DNA of 64,000 nt from the NCBI GenBank assembly GCA_951406725.2, contig OX597820.1:1488001-1552000 (forward strand). The letters are read 5' to 3'. The notes under the pieces are model-generated. The model did not search any database. It was not told the origin of the DNA and worked only from the letters and a program-made list of their open reading frames with translations. This DNA comes from Octopus vulgaris (Eukaryota). The position numbers and the translations under genes are program-made. Below are positions 27,517-42,126 of the stretch, piece by piece. Positions within the stretch are counted from its first letter, which is position 1; every line of letters begins with the position of its first letter.

Positions 27517-28148
27517 TAGTTTTATTTTTATTTTTATAGCGTGCTTTCACTTCACTACCGAGCGCAGCTCTGTGTGCCTTGGGTATGTGCTGTGATTTGT
27601 TGTGATGCTCTGATGGTTATTGTATGGAAAGTGTTCTGCGTAGGATGTGTGCAGTGCCTAGTAGTGCAATTTTCTGTATGTTATATGTGTTTGTAAGTCC
27701 TGGTGTTTTTGTTATGTATTTGTCTGAATATTTTTTTATCATGCCTAATGCACCTACTATGATAGGAATTGTTTCTGTTTTCAGATTCCACATTCTAGTT
27801 ACCTCTATTTCCAGGTCTTTGTATTTTGAGAGTTTCTCCATTTCTTTTAGAGACACGTTGTCATCTGCCGGTACTGATACATCAATTAGAAAGCATTTTT
27901 TCTTCATGGTCTCTGACAACTATATCTGGTCTGTTGGCCTTAATTTCTCTATCTGTGTGTATCGGCATATCCCAGAGTATGGTTGCTTTCTCGTTTTCTG
28001 TGACCTTTTCTGGTGTGTGCCTATACCATCTTTTTTCTGTTGTTATTCCATAATGTTGGCATAGCTTCCAATGTATGTAAGTTCCAACTCTGTCATGTCT
28101 GTGAATATATTCCTTCTTAGCCAGGACTGGGCAGCTAGAGATAATATT
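27514..28148 (-). mobile_element. Dong/R4-like LINE 3' fragment (family B)
   Basis: RHD, RPDIV, LIDVSVP, EKLSKYKDL and GTAHILRRTLSIQ motifs; (TAA)n on both sides. Confidence 0.9.
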
Positions 28149-28206
28149 TATTATTATTATTATTATATTATTATTATTATTATTATTATTATTATCATTA
28201 TTATTA

Positions 28207-28246
<40 letters not shown>

Positions 28247-28248
28247 CA

Positions 28249-28279
<31 letters not shown>

Positions 28280-28280
28280 A

Positions 28281-28324
<44 letters not shown>

Positions 28325-28338
28325 TAATATTATTATTA

Positions 28339-28586
<248 letters not shown>

Positions 28587-28587
28587 G

Positions 28588-28671
<84 letters not shown>

Positions 28672-28686
28672 TATTATTATTATTAT

Positions 28687-28718
<32 letters not shown>

Positions 28719-28729
28719 TGATCATTATC

Positions 28730-28791
<62 letters not shown>

Positions 28792-28802
28792 AATTATTAT
28801 TA

Positions 28803-28908
<106 letters not shown>

Positions 28909-28921
28909 TATTATTATTATT

Positions 28922-29630
28922 CAGTAGTTTTATTTTTATTTTTATAGCGTGTTTTCACTTCACTACCGAGCGCAGCTCTGTGTGCCTTGGGTATGTGCTG
29001 TGATTTGTTGTGATGCTCTGATGGTTATTGTATGGAAAGTGTTCTGCGTAGGATGTGGGCAGTGCCTAGTAGTGCAATTTTCTGTATGTTATATGTGTTT
29101 GTATGTGTTGTTGTATTTACATTTTTTGGGTAGAGTACTGCTGTGAAGTATGCGTGTAAGATAGAAATGTATTCCTCACGTGTCCATTTACGTCTTTTGG
29201 GTTTTATTTGCGGGACATGAGGTACAACGTCCGGCCCATTATTTTGACGGTCGTCATTTTCGTAGGGTACCGGTCCGTTTATTTCTGTTGTCACATTATT
29301 TCGCACGTGTAGTTTTTCGTACATTTTTTGTGTTTTAATGTACGTACCGCTCGATTGTTATTCTTGGGTTGAATAGTATCGGTGGCATTTAATTTCTTCG
29401 TAGTTCCTTTGTACATGGTGTTTGGGGTCGGGATGATCGTGATGTTTCACCATGTGTTGCGTTAGAGATGGAGATGATATCGAGTTATTTATTTCGAAAA
29501 TAGTAATAAATTTCATTGTATTACTTACTCGGATACAGTCCAATTCTTTGTTAGTAAAACTTTGGCTCCATAGGATGTCCTTGTTTTCGATGTTTGTGGA
29601 TAGGTTTCGAGCTCTGAATTTTCCTTCTTC
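28922..29630 (-). mobile_element. Internally deleted Dong-like element (putative 5' region joined to family B 3' end)
   Basis: 28922-29103 matches the family B 3' end and is fused in frame to a KRRKWTREE Myb-like N-terminal segment; (TAA)n on both sides. Confidence 0.75.
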
Positions 29631-29643
29631 ATCATTATAATTA

Positions 29644-29881
<238 letters not shown>

Positions 29882-29886
29882 CATTA

Positions 29887-30007
<121 letters not shown>

Positions 30008-30021
30008 CATTATTATTATTA

Positions 30022-30121
<100 letters not shown>

Positions 30122-30135
30122 CATCATTATCATCA

Positions 30136-30172
<37 letters not shown>

Positions 30173-30192
30173 CATCATCATCATCATCATCA

Positions 30193-30224
<32 letters not shown>

Positions 30225-30260
30225 GTTATTATTATTATTACTATTATTATCATCATCATC

Positions 30261-30313
<53 letters not shown>

Positions 30314-30323
30314 CATCATCATC

Positions 30324-30367
<44 letters not shown>

Positions 30368-30374
30368 CATCATC

Positions 30375-30708
<334 letters not shown>

Positions 30709-30744
30709 GTTATTATTATTATTATTATTATTATGATCATCATC

Positions 30745-30868
<124 letters not shown>

Positions 30869-30901
30869 GAATTATCATTATTATTATTATTGTTATTATT
30901 A

Positions 30902-30941
<40 letters not shown>

Positions 30942-31025
30942 CATCATCATCATCCTCATTATTATTATTATTATTAGTAGTAGTAGTAGTAGTAGTACTA
31001 CTAGTAGTAGTAGTAGTCGTAGTAC

Positions 31026-31084
<59 letters not shown>

Positions 31085-32797
31085 TAATCATCATCATCAT
31101 TATTATTATAATAAATTTATTTATTTATTTATCATAACCCTCAGCTCAATTACTCGTGTCACTAAGTTTTGGTGTATGAGAAACAATTTCAGATATTCAA
31201 CAGTTTTTTTCTCATAAAACAAAACTAATTTCCAGAAATATCCATAAAGTCACTACATAAACTCATACGTCAATCATATTTTTAACAAGTCTTTTATTTA
31301 CTTTAAGGTCAGACCTGGGAATATGTAATCTCGTCAGAGAAAACATTCCGAGTTTAACTCATTTATAATAGCGACTTCTTAAATACATAAATGTTTATGT
31401 AAATGTATGTGTGTTGTGTGTGTGTGTGTGTGTCTGTGTGTGTGCGCGTTGGAATGTTCAAGGGCAACATTTAATTGGATATCTTTGTTTATGGGTTTAA
31501 ATCCGCATACCAATCATCATTGTTCGATGAATGAAGTCAATATCTATTCAGTCCGTATATATGTGCGTGTGTGCGTGTGTGTGTGTGAGTATGTATATAT
31601 GATGGAATATTAGGCATACCACAATCCCAGCAGTGCATATTCAGGGAGACAAGTATTTGAATGCATTAAAGTATGTAATATTTGAAGCAGTCTATCGGTA
31701 CATGACAAAACATTACGAAATTACATTAACAAGAGCTGAAGACATTACCGAACCTATTATGGAGTCAAGCTGCGTCGAAGAGAGTGTCGGGAACGTTTTC
31801 ATAACCACAGATCTAATTAAAATATTTTGTTTCAATCAATTTTGAAAATAATGAAGAATTTAGAAAAATAACTTAGTTTTAAGCTGGTGTTTGGAACATA
31901 ATTTAGCCTGAAATTTTGATGGAAGGTTTTGGTTTAAAGCACTTCAAAACAGGAAATGTTTGAAGTGGGTTCTCAAAAGGGTTCTTTTACTTGTTTCAGT
32001 CATTGGACTGCGGCCATGCTAGGGCACCATATTGAAGGGTTTTACTTGAACGATTCGACCTCAATACTAATTTTTTTAGGCGTAGTACTTATTCTACCCG
32101 TCTCTTTTGCCAAATCGCTAAGTTAGGGGGACACAAACAAACCAACACCGGATTGGTATCAAAATAGTAAAAATTGGCCTATAGTAGTGCGCGACATTAG
32201 CTTATGAGGAGCCCAACTTCGTATGTAGGACCTGGGGTGCATTTTTGAGACATTTTTCAGTGTGTCTTATTGTATATCATCGAATACGATAATTTATTGT
32301 GTCTGTTCAATCAATATTCCAGTCCCCATGCAATGCTTCCTCACATCACAAACCACAGCTGAACTTTCTAGGCCTTTAACAAGAGGATCTTCTCAAAATA
32401 TGCAGACTTCTCGGTAACTGTTACGCTTCGACTAAGATTGTTTCGTAAATAGATCTTCAAATAAAGAAACCATATTTTCTTTTGTTTTTGGATCACACTT
32501 AAGATTTCAAATTCACTGCAATCTATGATGATTTATCATGGAAACTTACCTCTATAATATCACTAAAACTACATCCCAAACACTGTTTTTAGATAAGAAA
32601 ATATTTCAGAAGTGTTCAGGGTTATGAACTTCTTCAAAATTCAAGTGTAACTCATTCGAGTATTGTTTAAAAATCTGAGACGATGCTACTGTTGCTGCCG
32701 CTACTCACACAAACCCGGCCAACAACATCTAAAAATTCTCCTGTAGTTGACAAACATAACACATTTGATTTATACAGTCAATATTTACACACTTTAA

Positions 32798-33012
32798 GGC
32801 GGCGAGCTGGCAGAATCGTTAGCACGCCGAGCAAAATGCTTAGCGGGATTTCGTACGTCTTTAGGTTTTGAGTTCAAATTCTGCCGAGATCGACTTTACC
32901 TTTCATTTTTTAAGGGTCGATAAAATAAAGTACCAATTGAGCCCTGAGATCGGTGTAATTGATAAGACTCGTTCCCTGAAATTGCTGCTTTGTACCAAAA
33001 TCTGAAACCAAT
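32798..33012 (+). mobile_element. SINE family S2
   Basis: GGCGGCGAGCTGGCAGAATCGTTAGC head and central domain. Confidence 0.88.
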
Positions 33013-34052
33013 AATTATACACTCTTCTCAACCAGGCACCGGTTCAAATTACGTATCTGTAATCTGTTGCTCTTTTTTGAAAATACCACTGGAAACTTCG
33101 GGGCATTCAGCGAAGTTTACACTTTTGCAAACGTTTAGGCTAAGCCATTAACCTGAGACTAACTTCCTCTCTTTCTTTCCCCATCTTCTGAAGCCCTGAA
33201 AACAGTCAGCGGAGAAGGGGTCTGCTCTTCCTCTTCTGACTAATCCAGTTTTAAAATATCACAGGTTGTCACTAAACTAAACAGACTGCATCGAGTCAAC
33301 AGTACTACATCTTTGTGGTTCCGTTCTTTATATATGGAGTTGCTCTTCTAAGTTTAGCAAATCGTTTTTAAGCGCATAGTGTAGAAGTCATGCATCTGAT
33401 ATCTAACAACCAACGGCACCATATGTTCTTGTATTGTGCATCGTAAATAAACCGCACGTAAACAGATTTATATTCTTCAAATGAAACCAGTGTTTCATGA
33501 GGCTGTTTCTAGCTTGTATTTATATCACGAAGTATGACATGAAATACGATATGAAGTAAAACATGGTTATAAAATGGCTACATTCTAAAATTTAAGGCTG
33601 AAGTTTGTGCGTATGTTGCTCTCGCTCTGACTACTTTTATTTGAGTGTATTAATGCGTGTACGAGAATGTATGCATGTGTATTTGGAAGATTCCCCACTC
33701 GTATGGCCATTAACTCACTATTTGTCATTAAAAAACATTCGAATTTTTCTATCTAAAAAAGTTTTGTAACCAAACGGTTACATGCTATAATTCATAGCTT
33801 TATCTACTTCGAGTTCTACAGTTAAAAGACGAATTATTTCACGTCTCTTGAAGTTTCTAAATTATTATGACATAAAAACAATGCACACACACACACACAT
33901 TAGCCTGCTCACCTAGCCAGCCGGATGAAAAAGCTAAAGCGATTGGAAAGCTAAAACGATGCAAAGTGTAATGTGAGCAGCGATGTATAGGAACACTCGA
34001 TAGACACCTGATAGTCGATCATGCGATAACGTGATATGTGTGTGTATGGAAG

Positions 34053-34084
<32 letters not shown>

Positions 34085-34099
34085 TCTTTTATTCTTTTA

Positions 34100-34448
34100 T
34101 TCCTTTACTTGTTTCAGTCATTTGAGTGTGGCCATGTTGGAGCACCACCTTTAGTCGAGCAAATCGATCCCAGGACTTATTCTTTGTAAGCCTAGTACTT
34201 TTTGTACCAGTCACTTTTGCCGAACCGGTAAGTTACAGGGACGTAAACACACCAGCATCGGTTGTCAAGCGACGTTGGGGGGGGGGACAAACACAGACAC
34301 ACAAACATACACACACATACATATATATGTATATACGACGGGATTCTCGCAGTTTCTGTCTACCAGATCCACTCATAAGGCTTTGGTCGACCCGTGGCTA
34401 TAGTAGAAGACAGTGACCCAAGGTGCCACGCAGTCACTCTTACCACAC
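34100..34448 (-). mobile_element. SINE family S1; its extreme 5' end is displaced to 36359-36377 by an RTE insertion
   Basis: Breaks at CTTACCACAC and resumes as ACACAGCCACTCTTGCGC after the LINE tail. Confidence 0.8.
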
Positions 34449-35849
34449 TTTATCAATGGCAAAATTAGTAAACTATCCAAAGAGCACATTAGTAAAAAAA
34501 CACCATCTCGCCTGGAAATCCATCAAAGACCTATCAGGCAAAAATTCTAGGCCATCAATTAGAATTAAAGGGGGGATCAGCTAAGAAGCGTTTAGAAAAT
34601 TGGTCAACCCATTTTAAAAACCTTCTTGGGAAGAATGCCAAAATCCCTGATAACCCCACTCTTCCAAGTGTGCCTATATCAGACACGCTGGACATCAACA
34701 CCTCCCCTTTTACCATATTTGAACTAACAGCAGCCACCAAGCAACTAAAAACCTCGAAAGCATTTGGTCCCGACAACATCCCAGCTATAATTTGGAAGGA
34801 TGATAAATTTCACACACTTTTGCTCAACCTTTGCAACCACACACTTTCCACCTTTGTCGCTCCAAAGATTTGGCACCAATCTCAAATCATCCCAATACCC
34901 AAAAAAGGCGATTTATCCCTTGTCACCAACTACAGGGGTATATCTCTAATGTCAATTGCTGCAAAACTGTACAACAAACTGATCCTAAATCGTCTTGTCC
35001 TTTTTGTTGAACCTTTGCTCCGAAAGAACCAAAATGGATTCAGACATGGGCGCTCAACGCTGAGCCAGATACTATGCCTACGCAGACTTATTGAAGAATC
35101 AAAAGCATTTAATCGCGATCTTGCAATGGTATTTGTAGACTTTTCTAAAGCGTTCGATTCTGTAGATAGGTACAAGATGTTTGAAATCCTTAAGCTCTAT
35201 GGGATACCAGACAAAACTATTTCTGCCATCAAGGTCCTCTACACAGATACGTCTTCAACCATCTTAACCCCTGACGGAGAAACATCATCTTTCTCAATCA
35301 AAGCCGGAATACTGCAGGGAGACACACTCGCCCCATTTCTTTTCATCATTGTTGTTGATTATGTGCTACGTATGTCAGTTGATACCATCTCTGGCAAGGG
35401 CTTTGAAATAAAACCAAGAAGAAGTTCTAGACACCCAGCTGAGTACTTGACAGACACTGACTTTGCTGACGACATCGCTCTTATCAGTGATTCTCTCTCC
35501 AATGCCCAGTCTCTTTTACAATCTCTTGAACAAGCCTCAAATTGTGTAGGTCTTTACCTCAATGAGGCCAAAACTGAATATATAAACAAGTGCCTGTCCA
35601 ACAGTGATTGCATCAGCCATACTCTCAACAACGCCCCCTTAAATATGGTCTTTTACTTGTTTCAGTCATTTGACTGCGGCCATGCTGGAGTACCGCCTTT
35701 AGTCGAGCAAATCGACCCCGGGACTTATTCTTTGTAAGCCCAGTACTTATTCTATCGGTCTCTTTTTACCGAACCACTAAGTGACGGGGACGTAAACACA
35801 CCAGCATCGGTTGTCAAGCAATGCTAGGGGGACAAACACAGACACACAA

Positions 35850-35880
<31 letters not shown>

Positions 35881-36358
35881 CATATATACGACAGGCTTCT
35901 TTCAGTTTCTGTCTACCAAATCCACTCACAAGGCATTGGTCGGCCCGGGGCTATAGCAGAGGGCACTTGCCCAAGATGCCACGCAGTGGGACTGAACCCG
36001 GAACCATGTGGCTGGTTAGCAAGCTACTTACCACACAGCCACTCCTGCGCCATCCAACCAAAATGCAAATATATGGGAAACTACCACCTGTGTCATCTCT
36101 TGTGAAAGGTAGGAGAGTCCAGTTTGCTGGACATTGTTGTAGAGCTGAAAAAGAGGCAATTTCTACTCTCCTCCTCTGGAAGCCATCTACTCGTGATACC
36201 AGAGGGCGCACACTCTCCTACCCTGATATAATCTCCAGGGATACAGGCATCCAGCAACAGGACCTCTGTAATGCCATGATGGACCGTGAAGTCTGGCGTA
36301 GCATAGTAAATTCCATTGTCTCGACCACGGTCGAACAATGATGATGATGATGATGATG
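34449..36358 (+). mobile_element. 5'-truncated RTE-like LINE with reverse transcriptase
   Basis: KAFGPDNI, NYRGISL, QNGFR, FVDFSKAFDS, GILQGDTLAP and FADD motifs; C-terminus RRVQFAGH..DREVW; (GAT)n tail. Confidence 0.93.
35650..36051 (-). mobile_element. Full-length S1 SINE inserted in the RTE ORF
   Basis: Complete reverse complement of S1. Confidence 0.92.
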
Positions 36359-36386
36359 ACACAGCCACTCTTGCGCGTATATTTAG

Positions 36387-36435
<49 letters not shown>

Positions 36436-36650
36436 GGATTTTATATATATATATAGATAGATAGATTTATACATAATGTATATATTTGGTTGTCAAGAAA
36501 GCTTTTGCAGTTTTTAACCTTTAAATTCAGATGCGCATATCTCGGCTCAAACAAAACTTTATTAATCGAAATAAACACCATCAGAATCAACACAGTTTTG
36601 CAACCGCGAAACAAGTTTATTTATGCCAGTAGCGTAAAAATGCTGCACCA

Positions 36651-36957
36651 GATTATTCTTGAGATTGCTCCAATCTGGCCAGCCCCAAGGAAAAGCTAAG
36701 CTAAGAGCATTAGATTCCTTGGAAGAAAGCATCGAATGTATACAAAAACAAGGACGGAAAAAAACGGACATTGTTGCAAATTGTTATTATTTTTATTGTA
36801 TTTATATTTGTGCAAAATTTCCGTTTTTTCCGCCCCTGTTTTTGTACATATTCACTGCTTTCTTCCAAGGAATCTAATGCTCTTAGCTTAGTTTTTCCTT
36901 GGGGCTGGCCAGATTGGAGCAATCTCAAGAATAATCAGCCGAAATTGCGAGGATAAT
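36651..36957. repeat. Foldback of a dispersed repeat (other copies 48680-49070 and 54540-54785)
   Basis: Arms 36651-36768 / 36820-36936; GAGATTGCTCCAATCTGGCCAG motif shared with the two single copies. Confidence 0.85.
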
Positions 36958-37054
36958 GCATGCATGTATGTATGTATGTATGTATGTATGTATGTATGCA
37001 TGCATGCATGCATGTATCTATGTATCGATTTGTATGTATGCATGCATGTATGTA

Positions 37055-37147
37055 TGCACTGGGGTCGATGTGATCGACTTAATCCGTTTGTCTGTCCTTG
37101 TTTGTCCCCTCTATATTTAGCCCCTTGTGGGCAATAAAGAAATAAGA
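37055..37147 (+). mobile_element. S2 SINE 3' fragment with intact tail
   Basis: CACTGGGGTCGATG...TTTAGCCCCTTGTGGGCAATAAAGAAATAAG. Confidence 0.8.
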
Positions 37148-37209
37148 AACTGTGCGTGGAGATCGTAATCATTCTCATTTGGTAAGAATTATGATTAAGC
37201 TTTAGATTA

Positions 37210-37560
37210 TTGACATCATTGCGACCACGGTCGAGCGTTCCTGATAAAGTCTCTCCACAATTCATGACTCCCCATTGCTCCTGGCAACTGCTCTTTATTG
37301 AGGTTTGTATTGTCTGAGATTTGATCAAAGAATGTTCAAGTAGGTCTTTCTTTACTGCTTCTTCCGTAAGTTGGTTCTAACACTAACAGCTTGTGTATAA
37401 CTTCTTGCTTGCTTCTCCAGCAATGTCCTACAAATCGTAACAATGTTTGAGCCATTGCAGTTATCTCCGGCAAGTTTCCGTCTCCACTGTCGTTTGAAAT
37501 ACGATGACGCCAGTTGGTGTTTTGAACAAATCTAAGCATTTTGGTATATGCAGCATCTGG
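37210..37560 (-). mobile_element. Decayed RTE-like LINE 3' fragment
   Basis: LRFVGHCWRSKQEVIHKLL motif, homologous to the RTE C-terminus at 36051-36341. Confidence 0.75.
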
Positions 37561-38086
37561 CTGAAGCTAAAAGGAATTTGGATGATGCTTATATCAAAGA
37601 ACAAGAAAGCTACATTAAAGAGGGGGAAGAACTACTGTACAATGCCCACTTGAATCGAAAAGAGATTATAGTAAATACATAAATATATATTTCAGAGATG
37701 TGCTTGCTAAGCAAAAAGGAAAAAGATGAAAAAAGGAAGAAAGTATGTGAATTACAAATATTTTCCGAGTCAACTGGCCAACCATAAGCACCGGGCAGAA
37801 CTACTGGTCTTTATAGATAGAATTATGTTTATAACACTGAGATCTATATTTATAAACTGACGAACAACTTCACCTGAAACCAGTTTTGACCAGGTCACAA
37901 AAATCTTGAAAATCAGGGGCGACGAAAATCTTGAAATCAAATAATAAATGTTTAAAAGAAGTTAACAGTTTTTGTGCGAATTCGAATGGTTAATAACTGT
38001 CTTCCACGCTGTGATTGTTTATATATTTACACACACACACGTGTATACATATATGTATGTGTATATAAATACACTGACACACCACA

Positions 38087-38142
<56 letters not shown>

Positions 38143-38242
38143 ACACACACACACACATTTATATATATACGGCCAAATTAAACAAGTAAGAATATGAACA
38201 TTATTAATTTTAAATCTCACAACGTGAGATATTCAGCAACAG

Positions 38243-38599
38243 TACTTTATAGTAAAGATTGTTTGCCACCATAACATGGCAGTCCTGGTTTAGGACGAAT
38301 GTTGCTGCAATTTAGCCCCAGGAGACATCGTCTCCAGCTGGCTATACAACACGATCTGTATCCTAATATTTTCGAACAAGGGAATCTAGCACCCACACTC
38401 AGCTCAAAACAATATCTGTGTATCGCGATTTCCGGGTTCTTTCTCTTCATCAGCACAGAATAATTGCTCGAAAATATAAGGACACAGATCGTGTCGTACA
38501 GCCAGCTGGAGACGATATCTCCTGGGGCTAAATTACAGCAACATTCACCCTAAACCATGACTGCCATGTTATATTGGCAAAAAATCTTTACTCTAAGTA
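38243..38599. mobile_element. Foldback element with a hammerhead motif in the loop
   Basis: Arms 38243-38379 / 38464-38599. Confidence 0.8.
38415..38459 (-). ncRNA. Type I hammerhead ribozyme (helix II degenerate)
   Basis: Minus strand TCTGTG-CTGATGA-AGAGAAAGAACCCG-GAAA-TCGCGA-TA-CACAGA. Confidence 0.7.
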
Positions 38600-39334
38600 A
38601 GAATACATATTTTCATTTATCTTTTAGTCACGAGGAGAGGCCTAGCACCTATGACCCTTTACAGAAACCTGACCCGAATGCTTGCAAGAAAGCCAGTCCC
38701 GCTACAGACACCCAAGATTCCAACTGGTGTCGGTGCTAAACAGGATGATGGGGAAAGTGTACCGTTCAACAGTTAAGTTTCTCAAAACGATTCTCTGCAA
38801 AATGTTTCGTAGCTCGAGAGCAAAAACAAAAAACTCGCTGCAGAGAAAGCAGAAAGTAATGAATCAAAATCTACTTATAAATCATCTTCTCGACTGAAAA
38901 TTAGACAGAACGTGATAGTAATACTGTTTAGGGTTGGATATAATAAACTGGTTATAATAACTGTAGCTGATAAGTGACATAGATAGATGTTCTGAAGTAA
39001 TTAGCTGCAGGAGGAGTTTGGGTGATATCTTAGCGGAGTAGGGTGAGTACGTTAGAATTTTGGTTAATGAGAAAGTTAATAAGAAGGTTGCGATTTTATG
39101 TTTGAGCGTCTCTAGAAAAGTATTAGTCATTGGGTTTTGCTTCTTTTTTTGGGGGGAGGGGGTTATACATAAACTAGAATTTGATCGTCTCTGTAACCGC
39201 AAATTTGAATTATAACAGCCGTGTCTGAATCGGTTCATCGTCGCCGCCGCCGCCGCCGTCGTTTAGCCCTAGGTCAGCCTTGATCAAGGAGCAGAACTAT
39301 GATGAAAAAAACCTCCAGCCTGTAATTCACGGTG

Positions 39335-39825
39335 TCACTTCACTTAAGCCCTTCACTCCGTAGTAAACATAGGACATCGACGACTTTACCCCTCGGCTCT
39401 CAACTCCGGGCTGTCATTTCTTATTCATTCCAATTGGATTCCTGCCTTTTCAGCTCTCCTCCAAGCTATCCTTACAATGTCCTCTCTTCCGCTCCCTTGT
39501 TGGTTCCAAGTCAGGATGTTGGCTTGCTAAAGGTATGGTTTATCCATTTCCACTTAGCCTTCAGGATTTGTTCTTCCATTGGCACCTGTTTAATCCTTCT
39601 GCCATCTAATTTGAAGAATACATCCCAGACAGTTATAGATAAAGATTTGTATCTTCTGTAATGTCTTTTTAATCCTTCTCGCCATGTTTCTGTTCCACAG
39701 GAAATTGTGGACTTTATTTTAGAGTTGAAGGTAAACGATTTGCTTTTCATGGCAATTTCTCTGAAACCCAGGTTTTCTTGAGAATGGTGAAGGCTGCTTT
39801 AACTTTGTCTACTCTGGCCATAACA

Positions 39826-39901
<76 letters not shown>

Positions 39902-39955
39902 AACCTGTTTATTAATCACGCTGCCGAGATATATAAATGAGTATCTAGACGTGAA
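39335..39955 (-). mobile_element. Decayed RTE LINE 3' fragment interrupted by (CT)n
   Basis: FIYLGS, FNSKIKSTISCGTETW and KWKWINHT motifs; GGGCTTAAGT end. Confidence 0.65.
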
Positions 39956-40419
39956 CTATTGAATATGGCCTGTAGAATGTGAATGTGACGGGTATTTGGC
40001 TACTATTTTCAACTGGTCGCGCAATCGTGTAATGAATTACCTAGTTTGTTTGATTGAGTGTGTTTTTTTTTTGAGGTGGGGGACATATAGATGGTAAGCA
40101 AGAGAGGGGTAGAGAGAAGAGGGAGAGGTAAAGAAAGAGAGACTGAGAGAGGAGAAAGAGAGAGACTGAGAGATAGAGAGAAGAGGGAGAGAGAAAGCGG
40201 CAAAAGTACAAGATAGAAAAAGTAAAAGATAAACAAAGGAGTCGATTATTTGACTGAACCAGCCGAAGTGGTGCTCCAGCATGGCCGCAGTCCAATGTCT
40301 GAAACAGGTAAAACATAGGATAAAACACAATAAAATAACATAAAATAAAATACAGAAACACCACAGAAAAGGTTACATTAATATAAACAAAGACAATCTA
40401 CACACTATCACATAATTAT

Positions 40420-40511
40420 GTGAGTGAGTGAGAGAGAGAGTGAGTGAGAGAGATAGTGAGAGAGAGAGTGAGAGAGAGAGAGAGAGTGAGAGAGTGAGTG
40501 AGAGAGAGAGT

Positions 40512-40551
<40 letters not shown>

Positions 40552-40661
40552 GTGAGTGAGAGAGTGAGTGAGTGAGTGAGTGAGAGAGAGAGTGAGAGAG
40601 AGAGTGAGAGAGAGTGAGAGAGAGAGAGTGAGAGAAAGAGAGAGTGAGAGAGAGAGTGAGA

Positions 40662-40721
<60 letters not shown>

Positions 40722-40972
40722 GAGTGAGTGAGAGAGAGAGTGAGAGAGAGTGAGAGAGAGAGAGTGAGAGAGAGTGAGAGAGAGAGAGTGAGAGAGAGAG
40801 AGTGGGAGAGTGAGAGAGTGAGAGAGAGAGTGAGAGAGAGAGTGAGAGAGAGAGTGAGAGAGAGTGAGAGAGAGTGAGTGAGAGAGAGAGTGAGTGAGAG
40901 AGTGAGTGAGTGAGAGTGAGTGAGAGTGAGTGAGAGAGAGAGAGTGAGAGAGAGTGAGAGAGAGAGTGAGTG
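40420..40972. repeat. (GA)n/(GAGT)n microsatellite
   Basis: Directly visible. Confidence 0.95.
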
Positions 40973-41245
40973 GGGGGGGAGAGCATGCATTGCTTTTGTA
41001 TATTCATACATTTGTAATAATCTGTGCAGACGTAGATGTGTCGAGGGTTAGAGAGGAAAGGTGGAAAACGGGAGCTGGAAAAGGAAGGGAAATGTGTAGA
41101 CAAACATGGGGAAAGTTCTAATGCAAACGATAAGTGTGGTTGAGTATCACTGGGTGACATACATACTAACACATAGATCTACATAAACGTCTATTCAAAT
41201 ACATAAGAAAACTAATTAGATACCACATAATATAACATACACTAA

Positions 41246-41289
<44 letters not shown>

Positions 41290-41754
41290 GTAATACACGT
41301 ACTACATACAACGCTTAAATACACACGAAATGACACATTTTCAGGAAAAAATAACAGATGCAGTGGTGGCACAGCTGCCATAACAATATCCGACAGAATG
41401 ATCGAGAAAGATTGACTGGGATCGGTAGGAAATACCTTTAATTCGACTCAGATATATATACATTCTGTTCACCTTGATTCAACAGGTGTAAAACGACGTG
41501 TGGTTTGTTTGCTTATTCGGTCTGACTGACCTGGCTACTAGAGCATGCCGGTTTGACTATTGATTGGTCGGTTGGCCCGAGTGACATGGCGGTTGATTTA
41601 CAAATCTCATATCAGTTATACTAGGACAGTGGCATTCAACAGGGGTCCACGTGACTTTTGGCGGGGGCGTATAATATTTTGTTGAAAACATTTATGTATT
41701 TATGTATAACAAATCTGTTATATTTCTACAATACACAAAATAATTTTTTTTAAA

Positions 41755-41888
41755 TAAGCTTGCTTCCTAACCACATGGTTCCGGGTTCAGTCCCACTGCG
41801 TGGCACCTTAGGCAAGTGTCTTCTACTATAGCCTCGGGCTGATAAAAGCTTTGTGGGTAGATTTGGTAGACAAAAACTGAAAGAAACC

Positions 41889-41893
<5 letters not shown>
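41755..41893 (+). mobile_element. S1 SINE 5' half (probable 3' half at 43945-44075)
   Basis: GGTTCCGGGTTCAGTCCCACTGCGTGGCACCTTAGGCAAG. Confidence 0.85.
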
Positions 41894-41944
<51 letters not shown>

Positions 41945-42126
41945 TAAATTTTTTGCTACCCTTATATTTATTAATTAATGATTTTTTGACTAATTTTGAA
42001 ATTAAATCAGCAGTTTATATTTGCTGCTGAGAAGACGGCGCGATTGCGGTAGATTTTGAAAATTTATAGCATATAGACTGGAGGCTTCCTTACCATCGCC
42101 TCGTGGATATATGTTCGTCCTTGGCT

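Noticed and set aside
34670-35737. 355 aa RT ORF with a novel C-terminus, as a possible domesticated RT
   Set aside because: The tail is read-through into an antisense SINE and the element is a 5'-truncated RTE
37852-37890. CTGACGA...GAAACCAGTT hammerhead-like spacing
   Set aside because: No pairable helix II and a poor helix I
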